From: Carcharhinus amblyrhynchos
Lineage: Eukaryota
Direction of reading: 5' to 3'
DNA: 64,000 nt
NCBI GenBank assembly: GCA_965287045.1
Contig: OZ336884.1
Location: forward strand, 68,696,001-68,760,000
Shown: piece by piece, positions 1-14,100 of the stretch
Position numbering within the stretch: position 1 is the first letter of the stretch
Layout of the letters: every line of letters starts with the position of its first letter
Program-made: the position numbers and the translations under genes
The notes under the pieces: generated by a model
Told to the model about the DNA's origin: nothing
What the model saw: the letters and a program-made list of their open reading frames with translations, nothing else
Database searches by the model: none

Positions 1-1859
1 ATTGAAAGATGCAGCTGATATTAGCTGACCCTTTGACCCAAACTACATGTTCAGAAGATAGAAACTAAAATTACCTTGAAATTAGGAGAAACATTCCCTA
101 GAGTTGCAGATTTGTAGGATATCCTCCCAAGTAAAGAAATGAGGACATATTTTATTGGATTTAATTGAATTTTACCAGGATATGTGTACACTGGACATGG
201 TGAACTAATATAAAGGTTATTAGGCTGACAACTGTTACCCTACTCAATATCAGACAGGACCAGTCTCGCGAGTAATTCCCAACTGCACACATGTGCGCCT
301 CTTAATTGCTGTAATTGCAAACTAGATTTTTATTTTTGGTCCAATTTTCAATTATCAGAATTACCATTCAGAAAACAGGACTGTTTTTTCTTCCTGTTCC
401 CATCCCAATGGTGCACATGGCATACCTTCATCTGATTCTATGTTGAGTTTTTCCTGGAAGAGGCTGCTAGCTTATCACCAGAAACTTATAGCTTGAAGAG
501 GCCCACTCCACATCAAGCATGGCTAACCAGGAATCTCTCCCACTCTTACCATTTGCCATTGGCATGTATTGGAAAGGTCTTGCAGATAGATACTCAGGCT
601 AATTGACCTTATGAAGAATGCACTTTCTTTTGGCAATCAAGTCCTGGGGTGGGACTTGAGCTCGAAGCTTCTGGGTCAGAGGCAGCGTGCTACCCTGTAC
701 ACCACAAAACTTCCAAACAGGACTGTACTGATTCAAAACTTAAACGGATGGTCACCTTGTGGGATATGATGGTCTTTATTGTGATCAGAAGCAGGAAGAG
801 TGAGGGATCTTTTTTGTAAAAGACAAATTGATCAGGATGAAAACTGAAGCATAAATGTAAGTGGAAAGCAGAGAGGATTTGTTTCAAGAAAAGAGGAAGC
901 TGAAAAAACTCAGCAGGTGTGGCAATGCCTATCAGAAAAGAAACAGAGTTAACCACAGTTATTTCAGCTTCGTCTGCTCTTGTTTCAGATTCCAGCATGC
1001 ACAGTATTTTGCTTATTTTAGGATTTGTATCCATATCTGTTGCAGCTAAATTGCTGAATAATTAGGAAGTAACATGTAATTAATACATCGTTAAGACTGC
1101 AAATAGGCTATCTGGTCATTGGGATTCTTTTGGGGAGAAATTGACTTCTGTGTTTTCCACGTTACATTTTTTTAATAACTGTGAGCCTTTGACAAGATGT
1201 TTTGTGTGTTTACAGCAGAAGTATAGTCTGTGTAACAGTATTTACCCTACTATCTTCAAATCACCTCACCAGTTGCGAATGTAAAAACTCTCAACAAGAA
1301 CAATACTTTCAGAAAGTTAAACTAAGCTGCATAACTCCTGTTTTAGGAGCATATAAGGCTGCGTGGTGCCTGATATGTGCATGCACAAATGATAGGATGT
1401 AAACAAGAAGCGATTTTGATAGAGAGGCTTGCACCTTCATAACAGACAGCCATCGCCAACATGCAGTGCATCGGTGTCAGCTAGTGCTGATTTCAGGGCA
1501 GCATTACCACTCTCAAACTGCCTACTCCTGACAAAACACTTGAGTTAACCTCTCACAGCTGAACATGAAGTTAAATTGACCATCCTCCCAACCCCAAGAG
1601 TTTTTTTAAGGGATCATAAATTTACAGGTTACTTGTTGGATTACCTCTTCTGGCTGCTTTTTCTATTGCATGTGTTCTCAGAGCTTTCGTATACATGGTG
1701 GGAACTTTAGTAATTCATCTGGCTGGTACATTAGAATGTTTACAGAAGGAGGCCATTTGGCCTATCATGCTTGTGCAAGGTCTCTGCACAAGCAAGATGC
1801 TAGTCCCAACCCCTGTTCTGCCCCCATAGCCCTGTAATTCTTTTTTGCCTTAGCTACTA

Positions 1860-2157
1860 ATCATAGAATTCCTTCAGTGTAGAAGGAGGCCGTTCGGCTG
1901 CACTGACAACAATTCCCTTCAGGCCCTATGCCTGTAACCCCTCTATTTACCCTGACACTGAGGGAAAATTTAGCGTGGTCAATCCAACCTAATCTACACA
2001 TCTTTGGACTGTGGGAGGAAACTGGAGCACCTGGAGAAAACCCACCAGACATGGGGAGAACGTGCAAACTCCGCACAGGCAGTCACCCAAGACTGGAATT
2101 GAACCTGGGTCCCTGGTGCTGTGAGGCAGCAGTACTAACCATTGTGTCACTGTGCCG
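1860..2157 (-). mobile_element. HE1-type V-SINE (tRNA head, V domain, CR1-derived tail)
   Basis: The - strand has a tRNA-like head (TGGTTAGTACTGCTGCCTCACAGC...GGTTCAATTCC), the V-domain GGTTTCCTCCCACAGTCCAAAGATGTG and a tail ending ATTCTATGA. Confidence 0.9.
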
Positions 2158-2289
2158 TTCTGGAGTATCCATTTCTCTGAAAACCATGATTGCATCTACC
2201 ACCACCACACACTTAGGCACTGCATTCCAGATTGTAACAACTCAATACATAAATATGTTTTCCTCAAGTCACTGTTCATTCTTTCATTT

Positions 2290-3190
2290 TCACCAGGTTC
2301 ATTCAGCTCCTGATCACATTACAGCCTTAGTCCAAACATGGACCAATGAGCTGAACTCCAGTGGTGAGGAGACAGTAACTGCCCTTAACATCATGGCCAC
2401 ATTTGAGAGCTAGGAGTCCTAGCCAAACTGGGGTCACTGGGAATCGAGAGAAAACTCTCTACTGGTTGGAGTCATACCTGGTACAAAGGAGGATGGTTGT
2501 GGTTGTTGGAGGTCAATCATTTCAGGCTAGGACATCACTGCAAGAATTGCTCAGGGTAATGTCCTAGGCCCCAACAACTTCATCTACTTCATCAGTTACC
2601 TTCCCTCCATTAGAAAGATAAAAGTGGGAATGTTTACTGATCATTATAGAATGTTCAGCACCATTCACAGCTCTTCAGATGCTAAAACAGTCTGTGCCCC
2701 TATGCAGCAAGACTGTGACAATATTCTGGTTTGGGTTGATAAATGACAAGCAATATTCACGCGTCACAAGTGCCAGGCAATGACCATCTCCAACAAGAGA
2801 GAATCCAATCATCTTCCCTTGATATTCAATGGTACATCTTTTCTGAATTCCCCACTATCAACATCCTGGAGGTTAACATTGACCAGAAATTGAACTGGGC
2901 TAGCCATATGAATACTGTGGCTACAAGTGCAGGTCAGATGCTGGGAACTCTACAGCGACTAACTCACCTCCTGACTCCCCAAAGCCTGTCCACCATCTAC
3001 AAGGCACAAGTCAGGAGTATAATGGAATACACTCCTGTTGCCTGGATGAGTGCCGCTCCGTGAACATTCAAGAAACTTGACACCCTCCAAGACAAAGCAG
3101 CCCGCTAGATTGGCACCCTATCCACCACTTTCAACATCCAATCCCTAAACTACCAATGCACAGTTATAGCAGTGTGTACCTACACCTCAT
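2290..3190 (+). mobile_element. Second LINE family, RT fragment
   Basis: Motifs HSAPDHITALVQTWTNELNS and STIYKAQVRSIMEY. Other fragments lie at ~16080-16560(-), 30880-31500(-), 46300-47090(+) and 63740-64000(+). Confidence 0.8.
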
Positions 3191-4330
3191 GGACTGCAAC
3201 AGTTTAAGAAAAGGCAAAGCCTTATTTCCGAATGAGATATCCACACCATCAATAGGCAAATTAGGAACAACACCAACAATTATAAGACTCATTCCTAAGG
3301 CACATTTCTAAGTAAATCATACACAAAGAAACAGGTAAACAGTTTCCATCGATATCTCATATTTAAAAGGATTATCCGACTGAAAAGAAAGAGTTAACAG
3401 CAGTTGGAGGTGAATTAAAGTCTTCTGAATTAAAAATGCAGAAAAAACATGAGCAAGGCGTGGCAAGGCAGATAGCAAAACTAATGTCAGAGCAAAGGAA
3501 AGGAATGCTTTGAAGGAGCACAGAAAAGTTGAGTCCATTACTGACTCTGTTGAGCTGGGAGAATGAGTATGTATTTGTGAATATAAATTAAAACTTCAAA
3601 ACAAAGAGCTAAGAATTCTTCCTAGAATAGAATTAAACACTGCTTGAATCCAGTGAGAGAAAGAAAAACAAAAAAATTAAGAAAATGTGTGAACTAAATA
3701 AAAAGGATAATCAAATTTTCTGAGCTCTCAAGTCAACTAAAGAAGATTTTACTCAGCAGAAAAACAGACTGCTCGTAGAAAAGAAGAATTTGTTAAACTT
3801 GTATGTTGCAGAAAAGAAACCCAAAAAGTTAAATCATGGAGAAGAACTTAAAGTGAAAAATGATTCTGAATTGAAGCAATGTTAGGTAAATTCACTTGTT
3901 ACGGAGAGAGATATTTGGTCGGTCAAAACTTTTTTCAAAGACTTGGAGATAAAAAATATACAGAGACATGGAGATCAGGAGTAAGAACCTGAACGGAAAC
4001 TGTTTTAAAAGTGAAAACCCTGGTGACAATTTAGTGCCCTCGCTTTCAAGAAGGGCAAAGGAAATAGCCCCTTCCAGAAGTGAAGGGATTTATCCTTGGA
4101 TTCCAGATCATAGTCACCAGTGTGCAGAAGCCAGATGGTTTACCAGCAATCAGTAATGTTGCTTTTGACAAAGTTAACCAAACCAAACAAATTATAAAAC
4201 TTTTGGGCCCATCACAAATACTATTCCAGGGCCCAAGTTAAACATAATCCAATACCAATTTAAAAAAAACATGAAGCATCCAAAACCAAGATATGGACCT
4301 TGGTATCCAAGGTATGGATACAACAATCTG

Positions 4331-5707
4331 AGGTCTCTACCTGCTTCAAGAAGACGACCATCATCCTAGTATCTAAGAAAAACCAAGCAGCATACCTTAA
4401 TGACTATCAGCAGGTGGCTCTGACATCCATCATCATGAAGTGCTTCGAAAGGTAAGTCATGGCACAAATCAGTTCCAGCCTCCCGGACTACCTGGATCCA
4501 CTAGTTTGCCCACCATCGCAACAGATCCACAGCAGACGTCATTTCCCTGGCCCTGCACTCAACCCTGGAACACCTAGATAACAAGGACACCTATGTGAGA
4601 CTCCTATTTATTGACTACAGCTCAGCCTTCAACACTATTGTTCCCACAAAACTCATCTCCAAACTCTGTGGCCTGGCCTTGGTACCTCCCTCTGCAACTG
4701 GATCCTGAACTTCCTACTCACAGACCACAATCAGTAAGGATAGGCAACAGCACCTCCTCCACAATCATCGTCAACACTAGTGCCCCACAAGGCTAAGGCT
4801 GTGTTCTCAGCCCCCTACTATACTCCTTATACACCTATGACTGTGGCCAAATTCTCCATTTCGATTTTCAAGTTTGCTGACGACACCACCATAGTGAGTC
4901 AGATCTCAAACAACGACGAGACAGAATACGGGAATGAGATAGAAAATCTGGTGAACTGGTGTGGCAACAATAATCTCTCTCTCAATCTCAAAAGAGATTG
5001 TCATCAACTTCAGAAGGTGTAAAGGAGAACATGCCCCTGACTGCATCAATGGGGATGAAGTAGAAAGGGCCGAGAGCTTCAAGTTTTTTGATGTCTAGAT
5101 CACCATCAACCTGTCCTGTCTCCCCATGTCGACACTATAGTTAAGAAAGCCCACCAACCTTTACTTTCTCAGAAGACTCTAAGGAAATTTGGCATGTCGT
5201 CTATGACTCTCACCAACTTTTACAGATGCACCATAGAAAGCATTCTTGTTGGTTGTATCACGGTTTGGTATGTCTCCTGTTCTGCCCAAGGAACTCCAAA
5301 AAGTTGTGAATGTAGCCCAATCCATCATGCAAACCAGCCTCCCATCCATTGACTCTGTCTACACTTCCAGCTGCTTCGGCAAAGCAGCCAACATAATTAA
5401 GGACCCCACGCACCCCGGACATTCTCGCTTCCACCTTCTTCCTTTGGGAAAAAGATACTGAAGTCTGAGGTCATGTACCAACCGACTCAAGAACAGCTTC
5501 TTCCCTGCTGCTGTCAGACTTTTGAATGGACTTACCTAGTATTAAATTGATCTTTCTCTACACCCTAGCTATGATTGTAACACTACATTCTGCACTCTTT
5601 CATTTCCTTCTCTATGAACGATATGTGCTGTCTGCATAGCATGCAAGAAACAATACTTTTCACTGTATGTTAATATATCTGACAACAAATCAAATCAAAT
5701 CAAAATC
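4331..5707 (+). mobile_element. 5'-truncated Rex1/Babar-clade LINE (degenerate RT)
   Basis: Frameshifted RT pieces ([31 protein letters not shown]) and an (AAATC)n tail at ~5687-5707. Confidence 0.9.
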
Positions 5708-6554
5708 AAGCTGTATATACTACGTAAAATTTTAAAAAGATGTCTTTTGCAGAATTGGAAAAAATACTCAATTGACGAGTACTAAAAGACACTAGTTCGT
5801 AAGACGATTGAGACTCTTAAGTAAACACATGCAAGCTGGACTTAAAATCTTAATTGTCATGTGGGGTTGATGCAAAGGTGGTAGAGGTTAAACATGATAG
5901 TGTTAAACTGAATGTTTAGTGAGGTAATGTGATCAGTACTTGAGGATGTTGTTGGTCTATATAGAATACAATCCACTGGTGTTCCTGGAAAAATTCAAAA
6001 TCAGAAAGCAAAACAGAAAATGCTGCAAAATCTCAGCAGGTCTGACAGCACCTGTGGAGGGAGGACAGAGCTAACATACATCTTTGTACGTTAGAGGTCA
6101 GAGGTGGAGAGATGAAAATGAAAAAGGGAAATGTGATGGTGTGGAAGGCCGGAGTTATTAGTTGGAAGATATGTGGGTCAGGTTGATTGGCCATGCTAAA
6201 TTAACCCGAGTGTAAGGGGGAATTTGCAGGGTGAATATGGGGGTTATGGGAATGAGACCTGGGTGGGATTTTGGTCAGAATGGACTCAATGGGCCGAGAG
6301 GCCTCCTTCTACACTGTAGGGATTCTATGATTCTGTAACAAAAGGGAATCAGGCAAATGCCAATCTTTCAGAAGTGAAGTTAGAAACCAGTTTGACACAG
6401 AAGGGTGGTAGAGGTTTAGGACTTCTGCAAACAGCAGTTAGTGCTAGGTCAATTCTAAATATTAAATCTGGTTTTATTGATTTTTACAATTCAAAAATAT
6501 TCTGGAAATAGGGCAATGGTAGGTATGTGGAACTTACTCATGGATTGGACAGAG

Positions 6555-8110
6555 TCAGCATGCATTCACAAAAGGCAAATCATGCTGACAAGTCTACTAG
6601 AATTCTTCAAGGATGTATTAAGTGATGCTGATGAGGGGGAACCAGTGGATGTGGTTTATTTGGTCTTCCAGAAGGCTTTCAACAAGAAATTAGCTTGTAA
6701 AATTGAAGTGCATGGGATTAGGGGTATTGTACTGAGATGGATAGAAAAAAAAATAGACATAAACAGTTCTTTTTCCAAGTGGCTGGCAGTAATTATTTAT
6801 TACTGTCACAAGTAGATTTACACCAACACTGCAATTAAGTTACGGTGAATATCTTCTAGTTGCCACACTCCAGTGCCTGTTTGGGTACACTGAGGGAGAA
6901 TTTAGTGTGGCCAATCCTCCTAACCAGCACGTCTTTTGGACTGTGGGAAGAAATCAGAGCTTCCAGAGAAAAATCACATAGACACAGGGAGAACCTGCAA
7001 ACTCAGCACAGACAGTGACCCAAGCCGGGAATTGAACACTTGTCCCTGGCACTAGGAGGCAGCAGTGTGAACCACTGTGCCAGCATGGGGCACTGCAGGC
7101 ATTGGTGCTAGGATCCCAACTATTCACAATGTATATTAATGATTTAGATGAGGCAACTAAATGTGATATCTCCAAATTTGCAGATGACACAAAGCTGGAT
7201 GGAAGGGTGAGCTGTGAAGAGGATGCAAAGATGCTTCAGTGTAATTTGGACAAGTTGAGTGAGCGGGTAAATGCTTGGCAAATGTAGTATGATGTGGATG
7301 AAGGTGAGGTTATTCACTTTGGTAGCAAAATCAGGAAGGCAGATTATTATCTGAATGGCCATAGATTAGGAGAGGGGAATGTGTAATGAAACCTGGATAT
7401 CGTTGTACACTAGTCACTGAAAGTAAGCATGCAGTTGTAGCAGGAAGTGTAGAAGGCAAATGGTATATTAGCCTTCGTAGCACGAGGATTCAAGTGCAGG
7501 AGCAAGGATGTTTTAAAACCTGGTGTTGTCAGACTTTTACTGTTGTTGCAATTGTACAGGACTTTGGAGAGACCACGCCGAGAATATTGTGTGCAGTTTT
7601 GGTATCGTGACCCAAAGAGGAAAGAAGTTCTTGCTATAGAGGGAATGTGGCAAAGATTTACCAGACTGATGCCTCTGGATGGCGGAACTGATGTATGCGG
7701 AGAGATTGAGTCAGTTAGGATTATATTTGCTAGAGTTTAGAAAAATGAGAAGGGATCTCATGAAAACCTATAAAATTCTAACAGGATTAGACAGAATGGC
7801 TGCAGGAAGGATGTTCCCAATGGTGGGGGAGAACCAGGGATCACAATCTAAGGATACGGAGTAAACCATTTAAGACTGAGATAGAAGAAATTTCTTCACC
7901 CAGAGAGTGGTGAGCTTATGGAATTCACTGCCACAGAAAACAGTTGAGACCAAACCGTTATATGTTTTCAAGAAGGAGTTTGATCCCTTAAGTCCCAAGA
8001 ACTATAATCTAAGGGTTTGGGGGGAAAGTGGGAACAGGTTGTTGAGTTGGATGATCATCCATGATCATAAAGGATGGTGGAGCAGACTCAAAAGGGCGAA
8101 TGGCCTACTC
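6555..8110 (+). mobile_element. Degenerate CR1/HER1 LINE with a nested V-SINE
   Basis: Motifs VDVVYLVFQKAF, ISKFADDTKL and EYCVQFW, followed by a CR1 3' UTR. Confidence 0.85.
6792..7081 (-). mobile_element. V-SINE with the alternative tail, nested in CR1
   Basis: Reverse-complement homologue of 10477-10770. Confidence 0.85.
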
Positions 8111-9593
8111 CTACTCCTACTCCTATCGACCATGATCTTATTGTATGGCACAGAACAGATTCAAGGGGCCATATGGTCTTTTCCTGCTCCTCTGTTTACA
8201 ATGCACTGGTCATCCAGTAGAGCATACAGTGTGCAGTTTTGCTCATGATGCAACAAAATAAAAGAAATGAGACCTGTTCCAAGTGTTTAAGGTGTGGGAG
8301 GGACAAAATGTAATCCTTAAGGTTGGGGGGAGGGGTGGGGGGAACGATTGACCGTAATACTCTTTAAAATATATGTTAAACATGAGGCAAACCTGGATTG
8401 TTTTCTTAATGCGTTCTAAGTATTGTAATGGAATTTAAATTGAAGTCAGTAAAAAAACAAGTTTTGAAGACCAGTTGGAGAGAAAATTTGTTACTCAATG
8501 AGTGATAGCCATTCAGAATGATCTGCCTGACTAGACAAGAGGGCCAAAAGACTAGGGTAATTCAAATTACAATTATTGCTTGGAGATTTGAGGGTCAGGG
8601 AGGGATCATCTTCAGTGAGCATTAATTTTTGCCCCTCTCATCTCTGGTTATTAAGCTTAAAATTATAATTTGCTCAGAAAATGTATTAGACTATGAATTA
8701 AAGTATTTACTAATGACAGTTTTGTTTAAGTGTTCCTCGTGCGTGTAGGTGTCACAGAATCGGTGGAGGTCGACATAGAACATAGGAAATGGAAAGGCTG
8801 GGTTTGGGAAATGAAATCGTGGGGAGGTGGATTATGAATCGGGGGCTTGTAGCAATAGGTAGAGAATATAGGCAGTTTGAGGGAGTTGGAATGGAAAACA
8901 CTGATTAAACAATGGCTGTCTCATCAATTCTCACTGAATTTTGAATGGTCTCCTTGGTAAGAATAAACTCGAATAGCATCTCTTCCTTCCTCTGAAAGAC
9001 ACAGTGGAAAAACAGAAGGTTTTGTAATTAGAAGATGGAAACCGATAGAAACATTTTTCATAAAAGTCATGCCTTTAATTTCTGATCTTTTTGAAGTAAC
9101 CCAGTTGCTATAAATACTCAAATGGAATGTGAAAATCCTCTGAGATTAGTATTTTTAAAGAAATCCCTTGACATCTGTCAGATGAAATAAGAACTTAAAT
9201 TGAAAGTAAATTTATAGGCCGCATGACAGTTGAATCACAGTGGCCTAAAACTATGCTGTGGGAGACTTGTACACAAATACTTAATGTACTGTAGTCTCTA
9301 GGTTTTAGCAGAGACACTTATTCATTTATTTAAGTAAGCTAATAGCAAGTTAACATTTAGCATATCAATCTGAAATAGTCTCAATATATAATTATGAAGG
9401 CAACTATTCCACAGTTGAATTTATTCCATCTGCTTTATATATTGATGTGAGGATAAATTGTTCTGAATTCACCCTCCATTGTTGTTGCAAAACTGAGACC
9501 CATTTGCCTGTTGGAGGTAAAATATCCCAGGAAACTATTTGAATTAGAGTATGGATCCTCCCAGTAACTTGGTCAGTAATCCTTCCTTTAGTA

Positions 9594-11942
9594 CAGTGGT
9601 CTCCAAACCTTTTAAGCACAAGGTCCCTTTTAGAATCTAAATGCAGCACAAAATCTACTCTTAAAAATTATGCTTTACTAAAACTCCCAAAAATGTATGC
9701 TGTGCATAACATTGATCTATTCTTAGTGTGACACCTGTGCTTGCACACAGTCTGTGAGTGCTGTGATGTTTAGGTTGTGATTTGTGATAACCAGTCTCAT
9801 GCAGTCCATTAAATGGGCATCTGTGAATGTGATACTTGGACTTAGTTGATGATTTCCATCTGGAAAAAAGCCTCTCACAGAGATATGTGGAACCAAAGTA
9901 TGCCTTCACCTTGAATGCACAGGATGTCAGAAATGGGTACTTCTCTCTGATTACTACTCTCAAAATTCTTTACCCTGTGACCCAGCTTTCAACTTTATGC
10001 CATTTTGCATTATTATTCCACTGTCAAGTTCACTGCTTCGTTCAAACACCGGAAGATATTTTGCGGTCAGCTTTCCAATGTTTGCTTGAAGAAAAGGATT
10101 TGAGATGAATATAATGACTTATTCTATCTTGTCAACCTCTTGAAATCATCCTTTTCCAATTTATACAGGCGGTCATAGAATTTGTTCAGATGGAACCTCT
10201 TCTGTTTGAGCTGTTGTTGGATTTTCTCCAGATCTGGGAAGTGTTCAGTAATTTCGCTGTTTAACTGGGAGGACAATAGGACCAGTTTCAACTTGAACAT
10301 GTTCATTGCACAGATCATGCGTGACAAGTCTCTGTCTCTCCCCTGATGTTTGTGATTCAGCTTGTTCGATTTTGCTCTTATGTCATTAAGAAACGCCAAG
10401 TCTAATAACCGCGTATAATCTGACAGCCTGCTGTACATCTCATTTCTTGATTTAAGAAATGTGCAGGGAGCAGATAGGTGGCACAGTGGTTAGCACTGCT
10501 GCCTCACAGCACCAGAGACCTGGGTACAATTCCGACTTGGGTCACTGTCTGTGCAGAGTCTGTACGTTCTCCCTGTGTCTGTGTGTGTTTCCTCCAGGTG
10601 CTTCAGTTTCCTCCCACAGTCAAACGATGTGCTGGTTAGGTGCATTGGCCATGCTAAATTCCCCCTCAGTGTACTTGAACAGGTGCCGGAATGTGGCGAC
10701 TAGCGGATTTTCACAGCACCTTCATTGCAGTGTTAATGTAAACGTACTTGTGACATTAATAAATAAACTTTACCTCAAAAAATGTCTGGAGGACTTTTCC
10801 TCGACTTAACCACCTCACTTCTGCATGAAGTATTAGCCCACCACAGGTGTCATCAAGCTCATCGAGTTACAGTTTGAACAAGCAGAGTTCTAGCATAAAT
10901 TGAGTTGATGATCTTGGCAATAACTGTCATTAAATGGGAAAAGTGCTCTTGCTCACTAGTGCTTGTCGGTGGATAACACAGTGGTTTTTGACAAAGGAGA
11001 GGAATTCAGGGACATTTCTGCAATTGCAATGATACCCAGCATTGATGGCACATCAAAGCCATTTTCTTGATTGGAATGTTTTTCTCATCCCTTTTAAATT
11101 AATTGTAGACATCCTTGCCCCTTATCCTCTCTTTGAGTGACAAACCTAATCCTTTGTTGTTGCATTTTTGTTTTCATTCACATGGCTTTCAATCAGCTGG
11201 GCTGCATGTCAGTTTACTGACTCATCAAACTGCAGTGAGAAACACTCACAACCTGACAAGTCTTGGTCTCTTGACTGAGACATGTCCTCGGACAACAATT
11301 CAACCCTCCTGGCTAGTGTTAAAGTGCCAAGAGGCATGCTGTTGATGGCTGTCAGAATTTCATCATTTTTTTAAAGTCTTTGAACAACGAGTCGCTATAG
11401 CTTCCTTGATAACTTTGCTATCAGTGAGTGGCTTCTTATGTTTTGCCAGCAGATGGCTAATGCAAAAAGACACCCCTTTGCTAGCCTTGCCTTTAGCTAC
11501 AGGTTTTGAAAAAAGTGACTGTTGAGCTTTAAAAATTCCCTTTAACTCCCCAACTTTCTTTGTCTGGAAATTTTCTTGAAATTTTATGTGTATTATCTCG
11601 TGATGCAAATTACTTCTTTTACTCAGGGCTACACTCTGATGAGAAATGAGATAAATCATCGTAAAATTTTTACATTCGTAAAAATAAACTTACTTCTCTG
11701 TTCTTAGTGGAAATAGTAAGTTTTTGCCCTCTTGGACATCCTTGGCTCCTTGCTCACCATTTTGTTTCAAACCCAGCTTATTCCAGATTTTGGTGCTGGC
11801 GAGAATCTTGATATCCGAATCTCACAGATTTTTTTGACGCAATTTGGCAGATAATATGCTGATTGGTTTTTGTGCCAACAGCTGACTTTTTGACACTCAG
11901 GGATCGACCTGTTGATTGCAATAAACTATTTGGAGACCACAG
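9594..11942 (-). mobile_element. hAT (Charlie/Buster, GTF2IRD2/SPIN-like) DNA transposon with a decayed transposase and a SINE nested inside
   Basis: TIRs CAGTGGTCTCCAAA (9594) and TTTGGAGACCACAG (11929-11942). Degenerate 8-bp TSD CTTTAGTA/CTCTTGTA. Transposase motifs FGSTYLCERLFS, LLDLAFLNDI and ISHLLAKHKKPLTD. Confidence 0.88.
10477..10770 (+). mobile_element. V-SINE with an alternative (non-CR1) tail, nested in the hAT
   Basis: HE1-like head and V domain, then CCCTCAGTGTAC...TGTGACATTAATAAATAAAC. A second copy lies at 6792-7081(-). Confidence 0.85.
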
Positions 11943-13299
11943 CTCTTGTAACACCATTTGTAACAGTTTTAGCAGCTTTTCTATTTACTGCCTGTAAGTG
12001 ATCACTACACAGAGATTGGGATGCCACATTCACTGCATAACAGTGACTGCACTTCATGCTTTTCCTGTACTTGGGTTATACTGAGGAGATGAAGGGGTTA
12101 TAGTAATGCAACTTCTTTATTCATATAGATATATATATGTATAAATAATTTTTCTATTTCCACAATTTCTACATGTACAATATTTACATCTGTATTTATT
12201 TCAAAATAAATAATGTTGAACAAACCCACCAATTTTATATACCATGTAATTATTATTACTGAAGGGATGTATGTTTGTAAAAGAAATTAATTAAACCTGC
12301 TCATTAATTACATGACTTGAGGGGAAATCAGGAGTTAGCTTGAAACTTACTATCATGAAGAGCAGTTGAGGCAAACAGAACAGATACACTTAAAGTAACG
12401 CGAGATAAGTGGTACATGAGGGTGAAAGTGATGCAAGCTTATGCTTGTTAAAATGAGATGAAGTAGAGAGTGAGGAGCTCCTGGGGAGCACAAACCCAGT
12501 TCCTTTGCTATAAATATTGCATATTTCTCTTTAATGTAAATTGTTGCCCTTCCTGGCATTGGTCTAGAACACTAGCAATTAAATGTGGGATAGTTAACCC
12601 ATATGCTTACCAGCCAAAGTATTTTTTTTAGAATGACAATGCTGACAGACTTGTCACATAGTTGTTATTGGGAAATAAGGTTGCTTAAAGAAAAGTGACC
12701 TGAACAGCCCCAGTGTGTAATAGATTGGATCAGAACAGTTCTCAACAACATATTAGCTGCAGATAAACAGTGAACAAATTTCTGAGTAAGAAGTCAGTTC
12801 TGATTGACTGAATGGTTTGATCACTGCAACATTTTCTCCAGAAACCAACATGTGTGTTTTAGCTGCTGCTTTGGACCTAAGTCTGTCACTGCTACTTCCA
12901 CTTTCTCTTTCCCACTTTTCTCATTAACACTCTTTCTGACTCCTCTATCCTTTGGCCATGTCTTCCTTCATTTCTGTCCTCTCGGTTACTCTGCTGTCCC
13001 AAATTCCAAATCCAACCCTTCAGCACTCTTGGGCCACTTTCCCAGACTAAATGGATTTCATCCTGGATAAGTCTATATCTTCCTCCACGCACCTCATGGC
13101 ATCTTCTGAAGAACCCTTGAGACATTCAACATTGTTTTAAGACAAGCAGTAACCCCAACTATTCTCTTGCCTTCTTTTCCTACCCAGTGCTCAAGTCGGG
13201 GGCTTCCCATCTAACTTATCCTTCCCGGTGCAGGTCCTGTACTGGGATTGGGCCAACCCTCACCACCCCTCACACATCCCTCTCCAAACCTGATTGTCT

Positions 13300-14100
13300 C
13301 TTTTCCTCTTATTTATATTTATCAAAATCCCTTTTGCAAGTTACTCTTGAATCCCCTTAAGGCAGTGGATTCCATATCATAACAAAATGTTATTGCAGAA
13401 TTGTTACAACACAGGAAGCCACTCGGCCCATCATACACTGCCACTCCAAAGGAGTAATTTATCTAGTGCCATTCTCCTACCTTTTCCCTGCAGCCCTGCA
13501 ATTATTCCTTTTCAGATAATAATTCAATGTCCTTTTGAAAGCCTGTATTGAAACTGCCTTGCCACGCTCTCAGGCAGTGCCTAGGAACAAGAAACAGGAA
13601 TAGGACATCTGGCCCTTCGAATCTGCTCCGTCATTCATTTTGATCATGACTGATCATCAAATTCAATATCCTGATCACCCCTTCCCCCATATCCCTTGAT
13701 CCCTTTAGCGCCATGAGCTATATCTAATTTCTTCCAAATGCTAATCACTGGCTTCATGAAAATGTTTTTCCTTATGTTCTCCATTGCCTTTCTTTGCCAA
13801 TTACCTTAAATCTGTGCCCTCTCATTCTCGATTCTCACACAAGGGGAAACAGTTTCCCCCTATCCATTCTGTCCAGGTCTCTCATGATTTTGATTACTAC
13901 CATCAAATCTCCTCTTGACCATCTCGTCAAGGAGGGCGGTCCCACTTTCTCCAATCTTTCTACATAATTGCAGTTCCTCAGTCCTGTAACCATTTTTGTG
14001 ACTCTTTTCTGTGCTCTCTCTAATGCCTTCACATCCTTCTTAAAGTGTGGTGTCCAATACTGGACACAATACTCCAATATGATGATGAGAGGTTTATCAA
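13300..14100 (-). mobile_element. Nested CR1 3' fragments
   Basis: ORF 13835-14077 (EYCVQYWTPHFKKDVKALERAQ) and CR1 3' UTR pieces. Confidence 0.75.
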
